A DNA stretch of 64,000 bases from Haliotis cracherodii (taxonomy: Eukaryota), in assembly GCF_022045235.1 (NCBI RefSeq), contig NW_027266286.1, positions 46,500,001 through 46,564,000 of the forward strand, written 5' to 3'. Numbering within the stretch: position 1 is the stretch's first letter; each line of letters starts with the position of its first letter. Made by a program: the position numbers and the translations under genes. The notes below the pieces were generated by a model. That model did not search any database. It was given only the letters and a program-made list of their open reading frames with translations, and was not told the origin of the DNA. Below, piece after piece: positions 53,772 through 64,000 of this stretch.

Positions 53772-56700
53772 ATGGGGATGAGCATCGTCACCAGTTTCAG
53801 GATAATTATCGCGTTAATTTTGCCATGTTCATATTTCACACAAGGTAAGATATTGTTGATTGTGTTCACTCACGGTGTAATGTGGTTACTTATGGTGTTA
53901 TGTTCACAATATCAAGTAGAAATCTTGATCATAAAAATGTGAAATAGCAATCAGATCGCTCCTTTGTGTTTAGTCAAATGTGAACCGAATAGTGTTTCCT
54001 TGTAACAACACGATATCTTGAAGCAAAAAAATGTTCTATCATGACGTCATTTCTGGAGATTCGAACATGCGCTCGGAACTTGATGACGTCGTAAATTGGA
54101 CGACGTTAATTATTAGAGGTAAGTGCCTAGTGACAAAAAAGATATAGCTCGGCAACCCAGATGAAAGCAATGGCGGAACGATCGCACCTTAAGTGGGACG
54201 GTATGACAATTGGTATTGGGAGAAAAGCTGAAGATAATTGACGTAAAACATATGAGAATACACAATTTAGTCCCCACCCCTACATAAGATGGACTTGTCC
54301 GACATTGCCGAATCATCACCATTTAAAGTAAACACGGGTCAATGTAATGAAAGCTTGCACATTTTATTAACATCCTTAAAGAGTCTGTGCAAAATGTTGA
54401 AGAGGCTGGCAACATGTTGATATCTCATAAGAAATAGACGACTCCTGATCGTTATGTGTCGGACAATAAACACTGCAGGGAGAATAAACCTCTCGGGGTG
54501 CGCCCCTCATGGTTTATTTTCCCTGTTGTGTTTTATTGTACGATCATCAACTCCCACTCGTCGTTTATTTCTTAAATATGCCATGCTTAACATTCAGGAA
54601 AATAACACTAATGATCGCGAACCTTTACGAAAGCCAATGCCTGCACATGACAATGTCGAAACAGAAATTGTTTACATTGATTTTGAAATGAGATCATTTG
54701 AACCCTTCTATGCTGCGAATTTTGATGCCGGGTAATTTCGATATCTTAACGTCGATAATTCATTAATGCATCTTCGTAAAAAAACGAATTATTATCAGTG
54801 GAAGAATTAATCATCACAGATAGGATGTGACGTGTACATGTATTATCGTCACATGATGCGAAGGTATAGGTACAGCTTGCAGTGTTTACAAACAAACATG
54901 GCGTCACTCTTGTCAATCGGCGATCGAGACGGAAGGGGACGCTGAGAAACTATTGGGATAATCTTTATTAGTGTCAAAACAGTAGGCAAAGATACTGAAA
55001 ATCAGTGTCAGGTTTTGGAGATATATTTGCTAACAATTTAGCGAGGACATCAGGACTAGCCTTGCGGGGTGAGTTCAATTCCACATCGGATTGTGTTTGT
55101 AGAACCTCTGAGGCTTGAGGTATTTTCCCCAATTTCAAGAAGCTGGATTTGGCCGAAATATGTCAGAATTGTTACCTTGTTTCATTTTGTCGCTGTGTGA
55201 ATATCAGACTCTGCACAGGAATGTTAGAGTAGCTTCCCTTTGATGAAGGGTAGTTGCTCTTGAGGTAGGACGGAAGGACTGCCACGAAATGGAAGTAGAA
55301 ATAATATGTGTAGGAAACTGTTATTTTTCCTATATGTAGTTACGTCAGTGTCTGAGAAAAGGGTTTCGGTTGGAACTTATTTGACTGTTCTCACTGTCCG
55401 ACTGACAAATCACTGACCTTCTCACGTAATATATATTAATGTGCATAACCAAAGAAAACTTGCCATGCTTAGGTCATGTTTGTGAGAGAGGAGTTCAGGT
55501 TTTCGACGACAGAATTTAAGAATGACAATACATGAAAAAGAGGTTATCACGCTTGTGTAATTTGGGATGGTAAATGTCCTATATTAGGTATGGCTGTGTA
55601 TCATACCAGAAGACTATTATTTCCTATTTCTCAACATGACAACATTTTTATTATGACAAAGGCGAAAGAGATGTTTTCCAGATAAACTGTTTTCCATATG
55701 TGGTTTAGATAATTGTTGAAAAGGCTGAATATCATTATTCATACATTCAATAATAAACTCGGGTGAGATGAGGTGAAATGTGATTCCACTTATATAGATA
55801 CGTGCATACATGTGTGTTTGTGTGTTTGTGGACTGATGCCAAATTATAGTGCTAGCCCACTGATATGCCATGCCTTAGTTAACATGAACACCCCACTCAG
55901 ACACAGTATACTGACTCCGTGCCGACCATTCCTCGTTTTAGCCCCTTAATGCCTAGCGTCAGGCAGGGTAACAACAAGTACGAGGTTTTAACGTATTTCG
56001 GTATGACGCGACCGGGGATCGAACCTTCCGCTCTCCGGGGGGACGCTCTACCACTAAAAGATGGAGGCGGTCGGGAAACTCTGTGACTAAATGCCCGATA
56101 TATGGCTAGAGGTATAGGTTAAATGTTCACGCCAAGAACCCTGCCAACCCCTTCTGTTTCCCATTTGACCATTTACATGTAGTTATGTCTATACATCCAT
56201 TTCTAACACAATCGTTTTAATACATATAGGCGGGAATCCTTCTAGCGGATTCGGCTTTTATCCCTGATTAACACAACAAAACACTTACAGTTGTATATAC
56301 AATATCCCTCTTACCACATACAATGTTTAAACGTATTTATTCACGCATATAATCGTAGAGTAAAGGAGGTATGGATACGGAGTGATGAAAGTAGACATTG
56401 CATAATCTGGTATTTTGCGCTGATTGCAGAGAACATATGTCCAACGACATCTGGAGAAAAGGGTATGTATGCTTATCATTGACTTAAAGTCAGGTTAATT
56501 GTCATTTACGTAATCCATACAGTTGATAGCATCTCCTCTTACATATACGTTTCGAAAAATCAATGTGACGTCAAAACAATTTCACATTGTGCAATGTTAG
56601 AAAGGCTGTAGGGACGAAATAGAATCAATGATGTTGACTGAACCAAACATGACGTAAATGAGTATAGTTATTGATGACATCATATATTGTGGCGTCACTA

Positions 56701-57146
56701 TATGTAATACATAAACAATACATATATCAACACCAGTGCCAGTGGCACCCTACTTGTGAAGATCCGTGTTAGCATTGGTCTTCAGCAACCCATGCTTGTC
56801 TTACGAGGCGACTAGTGGGACCGGGTGGTCAGACTCGCTGACTGACAGCCGTCATATATATAGCTGGAATATTACTGAGTGTGGCACTAATTATAAACAA
56901 CAAATACACAAAACAAACGCTGGTTCTTCCTGTATATTTATGCTTACCTTGAATCATATAGATGAAAAATTAGATACATGTTCTCTGATATGAAATAGGT
57001 AGAATACTGAAATCAATATACAATAAAAAGTGTCGGTAAAGCCAGTAAAAAAGCTAATAATAATAATAATAATAATAATAGCAGCTTAATTTTTAGCTTT
57101 TTCACCGGAATTATTATTATTATTATTGTTGTTGTTATTATTATTA

Positions 57147-57189
<43 letters not shown>

Positions 57190-60100
57190 ACCAACAAGTG
57201 TATATTGTACTTCAGTTGTACACGTATGTGAGGGCAAATTTGCCACTGGAACATCCGTCTATCTGGACACCTTTAAGGCTGTCAACTATGAAGGCGGCTG
57301 TACATGTCAACTCAGAGCACAGGGAGGCGCTGTTGATCTCCAGGTATCAGTTCAGGGGGTTCATGCTGCCTGTGACGCTACCCTGTATTTCGCTCCGCCT
57401 ATTGATCACACCTATAACTGTGCAGACAAGACACCCGCAACTACTACAGGAAGGATTGAGTCAGGGCAGTCGGTCTTCCTTTCTCTCACCAAAAGCTCTG
57501 ACGTAGCCGATTTCTGCGTCCATTTAGTACAGACATCAACAGGTGAGTCTGCATAATGTAACTGAACCATGGATGCATTTGGATGCAGTTATAATGTATC
57601 GTAAGTTTACACCTAGCAGGTATCACGTCAACGTTCAAGATGAAAAAAGACTGATTGTGTCGGGCTAGGTTTTAATTATAAATGTAACCAGGTGTTGGCC
57701 ATGAACTAAAAAAAAACATAGTCTCATTATCAGTGATCCTTTCATGTAATTTTCACTGCTATCTTTGCCTCTTACGTCCTATGGAATCTGTTTTGGCAGT
57801 TAATCGAGACTGGTTATTCTGACGTTCACTTTGAATATGTTGTAATATTTAGAATAAAGCTAGAAAAACAAGGTTATTTGCAATGTACAATGTTTTAAAT
57901 AATAGGTTCCGCGACACATTGTATTCATGTCAATGGAATTCGAATTAAAACTTAATTTATTAATTTGATGTAAGGTATATATGCAATAACTGTGTTTTCA
58001 CAACCGCATGTTTAGTATTTTAGAATCAAATGCAGAATTGTTTTTTTAAAACTTAAGGGTCGTTTTCAGGTTGAAAGATACGTTGGAAGAGGGTCAAAGA
58101 AGCTACACCATTACAAATAGGCATCATGGTTAATAGCTCCATCTCTTAAATTCATTGATCTAATAAAACTGAAAGGAAATAATTTATCTCACGTTCCGCC
58201 ATACGTTCGCATGGTATCAACGGCAAGACGTTCCTAGCCATGTCGGTACCATCTGGTTCTCCGTCAGCTCATGAAATCACCAATCTCGATTCATCGCTGA
58301 ACCAAACCATTCTTCCTTGCTAGTTCGGCCACATTCTGCCTGCTTGGCACCACATGCGTCCACATGGGATGATGATACTTAAAACATATCCTCGGAAGGC
58401 TGTATTGTTCTTAGACCTGCCTCTCAAATGCGGTTCCGGATCCGTACTCTCTGGTCAGACACTCTGCGTAATCGTAGGTCTACAGCTGTTGTCAGTATGA
58501 AGCGTCATACAGTGATCCTGAGCAGCCCCTGTAACACCCTTATGATTGTAGACCTTGTCACGATTGCTGGTTCACATGCATACCTTTGAAACATTTCAAT
58601 CAATACTTTCTTTGGCTTCAGTTAATGTTTTGAAATCAGAAATGTATATGCCTACGATTTTCTTTCATTTACAGATGGTAATATCCCAGATGGAGTTATA
58701 AATTCACATACAGAACCGATTGTAAGCTTAAACGTGAGGTATTTAAGGTAAATCATTATAGTGTTCCTTTGCATGTCCAATGAATTTCTAACATGTATAT
58801 TTTCTCACGTTATTTAGCTGGGTCTTTGAACGTTGCTTGCACAAAGGGTACATTGAAACCTGCAAGCACCACGACAATAGCACCTGCACCTGCAGTGACG
58901 ACCTCTCCAACGACTATTATAGGTAATTACATTCCCGCTATTACATTTCCAACATGTTGAAGATATGCTACAAATATGAAAGGAAGCTCGGGTGGTCAAG
59001 TTGTTCTAAGGCGCCACAATTCGCTGGACATAGCACCGTTACAACACACTCAGTCATAACAAATGTGAAAAGTAGCATCTGTGGAATAAACATTATCTTA
59101 CAAGTGATAAGACTAGTGATAGGGTAGGACTAGGTCAACTATCCTTCACCCTGGCGTTTAGGTTTAACTTTGTCATCGGTGTTGGGAGAATCATCACCAT
59201 TAAATTAAACACGGGTCAATGTATTGAAAGCTAGCACATTTTATCAACATCCTTAAAGAGGCTGTGCGAAATGTTGGAGAGGCTGTGCAACATGTTGATA
59301 TCTCATAAGAAATAAACGACTCCTGATCGGCGCCCCCCTCATGGTTTGTTTTCGCTGTTGTGTTTTATTGTACGATCACCAACTCCCACTCGTTGTTTAT
59401 TTCTTAAATATGCCATGCTTAACATTCAGGAAAATAGCACTTATGATCGCGAGCCTTTACAAAATCCAATGCCTGCACCTTACTCTGTCGAAACAGAAAT
59501 TGTTTACATTGATTTTGAAATGAGATCGTTTGAACCCTTCTGTGCTGCGAATTTTGATGCCGGGTAATTTTGATATCTTAACGATAATTTATATTCACCT
59601 TAATGATACCCCTTGCATGATTTTTGTTTTTACTCCGCAACTTCGTAAAAACGAATTATTATCAGTGGAAGAATCAATCATCACAGATACGATGTGACGT
59701 GTACATGTATTATAATCACATGATGGGTACGTGTCTCGCCAGGATAAAAACGGTTTCCGTTATGGTCACATATGGAGGTCACGTAGGTACAACTTGCTGT
59801 GTTTACAAATAAACATGGCGTCGCTCTTGTCAATCGTCGATCGAGACGGAAGTTTTGGAGATATATTTGCTAACAATTTAGCGAGGACATCAGGCCTAGC
59901 CTTGCTGGTTCAGTTTAATTCCACATCAGATTGTGTTTGTAGAACCTCTGAGGTTTGAGGTATTTGCCTAATTTCAAGAAGCTGGATTTGGCCGGAATAT
60001 GTCAGAATTATTACCTTGTTTCATTTTGTCGCTGTGTGAATATCAGACTCTGCACTTCGTTACGTTAGGAAAGGACAAACAGACTATCATAGAAAGTGTT

Positions 60101-63100
60101 AGAGTAGCTTTCCTTTGATGAAGGGTAGTTGCTCTTGAGGTAGGACGGAAGGACTGCCGCGAAAGGGAAGTAGAGACATTATGTGTAGGCAACTGTTATT
60201 TTGCCTATATGTAGTTACGTCAGTGTCTATGAAACAGGTTTCAATGGGAACTAAATTGATCGTCCCTACTGTACGACTGACGAATTACTGACCTTCTCAC
60301 GTAATATTTGTTGATGCGCACTTGCAATGTTTAGGTAATGTTTGTGAGAGAGCAGTACAGGTTTTCGACGACAAAATTTAAAAATGACAATACATGAAAA
60401 AGAGGTTATCACGCTTGTGTAATTTGGGATGGTAAATGTCCTATATTAGGTATGGCTGTGCAACACACCAGAATGCAATTATTTCCTATTTCTCAACATG
60501 TCAACATTTTTCTTATGACAAAGGCGAAAGAGATGTTTTCCAGATAAACTGTTTTCCATATGTGGTTTAAATAATTATTTATGAAAGCTAAACATCATTA
60601 TTCATAACTTAATAATAAACTCGGGTGAGATGAGTGAGGTGATATGGGATTGCACATATATAGCGACGTGCATACACGTGTGTGTGTTTGTGGACTGATG
60701 CCAATTTATAGTGCTAGCCCACTGATATGCCATGCCTTAGTTTAACATGAAAATCCCACTCAGACACAGTATACTGACTCCGAGCCGACCAGTCCTCGTT
60801 TTAGCCCCTTAATGCCTAGCGTCAGGCAGGGTAACAACAAGTACGAGGTTTTAACGTATTTCGGCATGACGCGACCGGGGATCGAACCTTCCGCTCTCCG
60901 GGGGCACGCTCTACCACTAAAAAATGGAGGCGGTCGGGAAACTCTGTGACTAAATGCCCGATATATGGCTAAAGGTGTAGGTTTAATGTTCACGCCAAGA
61001 ACCCTGCCAACCCCTTCTGTTTCCCATTTGACCATTTACATGTAGTTATGTCTATACAATTATTTCCAACACAATCGTTTTAATACATATAGGCGGGAAT
61101 CCTTCTAGCGGATTCGGTTTTTATCCCTGATTAACACAACAAAACACTTTCAGTTGTAGATACAATACCCCTCTTACCACATACAATGTTTAAACGTATT
61201 TATTCACGCATATAATCGTAGAGTAAAGGAGGTATGGATACGGAGTGATGAAAGTAGACATTGCATAATCTGGTATTTTGCGCTGATTGCAGAGAACATA
61301 TGTCCAACGACATCTGGAGAAAAGGGTATGTATGCTTATCATTGACTTAAAGTCAGGTTAAATGTCATTTACGTAATCCATACAGTTGATAGCATCTCCT
61401 CTTACATATACGTTTCGAAAAATCAATGTGACGTCAAAACAATTTCACATTGTGCACTGTTAGAAAGGCTGTATTGACTAAATAGAATCAATGATGTTGA
61501 CTGAACCAAACATGACGTAAATGAGTATAGTTATTGATGACATCATATATTGTGGCGTCACTATATGTAATACATCAACAATACATATATCAACACCAGT
61601 GCCAGTGGCACCCTACTTGTGAAGATCAGTGTTAGCATTGGTCTTCAGCAACCCATGCTTGTCTTACGAAGCGAATAGTGGGACCGGGTGGTCAGACTCG
61701 CTGACTGACAGCCGTCATATATATAACTGGAATATTACTGAGTGTGGCACTAATTATAAACAACAAATACACAAAACAAACGCTGGTTCTTCCTGTATAT
61801 TTATGCTTACCTTGAATCATATAGATGAAAAATTAGATACATGTTCTCTGATATGAAATAGGTAGAATACTGAAATCAATATACAATAAAAAGTGTCGGT
61901 AAAGCCAGTAAAAAAGCTAATAATAATAATAATAATAATAATAATAGCAGCTTAATTTNNNNNNNNNNNNNNNNNNNNNNNNNNNNNNNNNNNNNNNNNN
62001 NNNNNNNNNNNNNNNNNNNNNNNNNNNNNNNNNNNNNNNNNNNNNNNNNNNNNNNNNNNNNNNNNNNNNNNNNNNNNNNNNNNNNNTGTACTTCAGTTGT
62101 ACACGTATGTGAGGGCAAATTTGCCACTGGAACATCCGTCTATCTGGACACCTTTAAGGCTGTCAACTATGAAGGCGGCTGTACATGTCAACTCAGAGCA
62201 CAGGGAGGCGCTGTTGATCTCCAGGTATCAGTTCAGGGGGTTCATGCTGCCTGTGACGCTACCCTGTATTTCGCTCCGCCTATTGATCACACCTATAACT
62301 GTGCAGACAAGACACCCGCAACTACTACAGGAAGGATTGAGTCAGGGCAGTCGGTCTTCCTTTCTCTCACCAAAAGCTCTGACGTAGCCGATTTCTGCGT
62401 CCATTTAGTACAGACATCAACAGGTGAGTCTGCATAATGTAACTGAACCATGGATGCATTTGGATGCAGTTATAATGTATCGTAAGTTTACACCTAGCAG
62501 GTATCACGTCAACGTTCAAGATGAAAAAAGACTGATTGTGTCGGGCTAGGTTTTAATTATAAATGTAACCAGGTGTTGGCCATGAACTAAAAAATAACAT
62601 AGTCTCATTATCAGTGATCCTTTCATGTAATTTTCACTGCTATCTTTGCCTCTTACGTCCTATGGAATCTGTTTTGGCAGTTAATCGAGACTGGTTATTC
62701 TGACGTTCACTTTGAATATGTTGTAATCTTTAGAATAAAGCTAGGAAAACAAGGTTATTTGCAATGTACAATGCTTTAATTATACGTCCCGCGACACATT
62801 GTATTCATGTAAAAGGGATTCGAATTAAAACTTGATTTATTAATTTGACGTAAGGTATATATGCAATAACTGTGTTTTCACAACCGCATGTTTAGTATTT
62901 TAGAATCAAATGCAGAATTGTTTTTTTAAAACTTAAGGGTCGTTTTCAGGTTGAAAGATACGTTGGAAGAGGGTCAAAGAAGCTACACCATTACAAATAG
63001 GCATCATGGTTAATAGCTCCATCTCTTAAATTCATTGATCTAATAAAACTGAAAGGAAATAATTTATCTCACGTTCCTCCATACGTTCGCATGGTATCAA

Positions 63101-63802
63101 CGGCAAGACGTTCCTAGCCATGTCGGTACCATCTGGTTCTCCGTCAGCTCATGAAATCACCAATCTCGATTCATCGCTGAACCAAACCATTCTTCCTTGC
63201 TAGTTCGGCCACATTCTGCCTGCTTGGCACCACATGCGTCCACATGGGATGATGATACTTAAAACATATCCTCGGAAGGCTGTATTGTTCTTAGACCTGC
63301 CTCTCAAATGCGGTTCCGGATCCGTACTCTCTGGTCAGACACTCTGCGTAATCGTAGGTCTACAGCTGTTGTCAGTATGAAGCGTCATACAGTGATCCTG
63401 AGCAGCCCCTGTAACACCCTTATGATTGTAGACCTTGTCACGATTGCTGGTTCACATGCATACCTTTGAAACATTTCAATCAATACTTTCTTTGGCTTCA
63501 GTTAATGTTTTGAAATCAGAAATGTATATGCCTACGATTTTCTTTCATTTACAGATGGTAATATCCCAGATGGAGTTATAAATTCACATACAGAATCGAT
63601 TGTAAGCTTAAACGTGAGGTATTTAAGGTAAATCATTATAGTGTTCCTTTGCATGTCCAATGAATTTCTAACATGTATATTTTCTCACGTTATTTAGCTG
63701 GGTCTTTGAACGTTGCTTGCACAAAGGGTACATTGAAACCTGCAAGCACCACGACAATAGCACCTGCACCTGCAGTGACGACCTCTCCAACGACTATTAT
63801 AG
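53772..63802 (+). CDS. Gene G (3'-incomplete): signal peptide, CUB-like Cys domain and T/P stalk; module present twice
   Basis: Exons 53772-53844 (MGMSIVTSFRIIIALILPCSYFTQ), 56430-56462 (ENICPTTSGEK), 57216-57542 (VVHVCEG..VYLD..GGCTCQL..AACDATL..YNC..VFLSL..ADFCVHL), 58818-58922 (GSLNVAC..ASTTTIAPAPAVTTSPTT). Repeated at 61293-61325, 62097-62423, 63698-63802. All phase 1. Confidence 0.7.
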
Positions 63803-64000
63803 GTAATTACATTCCCGCTATTACATTTCCAACATGTTGAAGATATGCTACAAATATGAAAGGAAGCTCGGGTGGTCAAGTTGTTCTAAGGCGCCACAAT
63901 TCGCTGGACATAGCACCGTTACAACACACTCAGTCATAACAAATGTGAAAAGTAGCATCTGTGGAATAAACATTATCTTACAAGTGATAAGACTAGTGAT
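54310..64000 (+). repeat. ~4.88 kb direct tandem duplication (54310-59187 vs 59188->64000)
   Basis: Homology starts at gaatcatcaccatt (54310 and 59188); offset 4880-4881 over the later exons; the window end matches 59106-59120. Confidence 0.95.

Noticed and set aside
57126-57506. ORF MLLLLLL... read as a signal-peptide protein
   Set aside because: The poly-Leu comes from an (ATT)n microsatellite; the real exon uses another frame.
58675-58721. Extra gene G exon (DGNIPDGVINSHTEPI)
   Set aside because: It ends in phase 0, which gives an immediate stop in the next exon; skipping it keeps the frame.

Overview
Eukaryotic, intron-rich, AT-rich animal DNA with four N gaps. The SINE families and perlucin-like lectins suggest a mollusc, probably a gastropod such as abalone (inference). 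No prokaryotic features, rRNA, true tRNA or CRISPR were seen. Splicing by eye (splice sites plus reading-frame phase) gives a cluster of secreted or cell-surface Cys-rich genes mostly missed by the ORF track. A (-, 934-11602) and B (+, 44849-47105) are paralogous type-I receptors with a divergent SUEL/Gal_Lectin-like ectodomain, one TM helix and a tail with collinear Tyr motifs. C (+, 30173-35734) is a secreted protein with two 12-Cys Ly6/uPAR-like domains, a ShKT domain and a Thr/His-rich region. D (-) and E (+) are a head-to-head pair of C-type lectins, and F is an orphan C-type lectin exon. G (+, from 53772) has a CUB-like exon module inside a ~4.88 kb tandem duplication. The most striking feature is an array of four homologous phase-1 signal-peptide exons (ATGs at 11602, 17717, 21562, 28055; all minus strand) upstream of the single body of receptor A. 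Three of them have an AGGAAGTA (ETS-type) motif 38-51 bp upstream, suggesting a multi-promoter, variable-leader locus or relics of paralogs. The spacers contain Tc1 DD34E relics, LINE, Penelope and Crypton fragments, SINEs, MITEs and a 3 kb foldback element.
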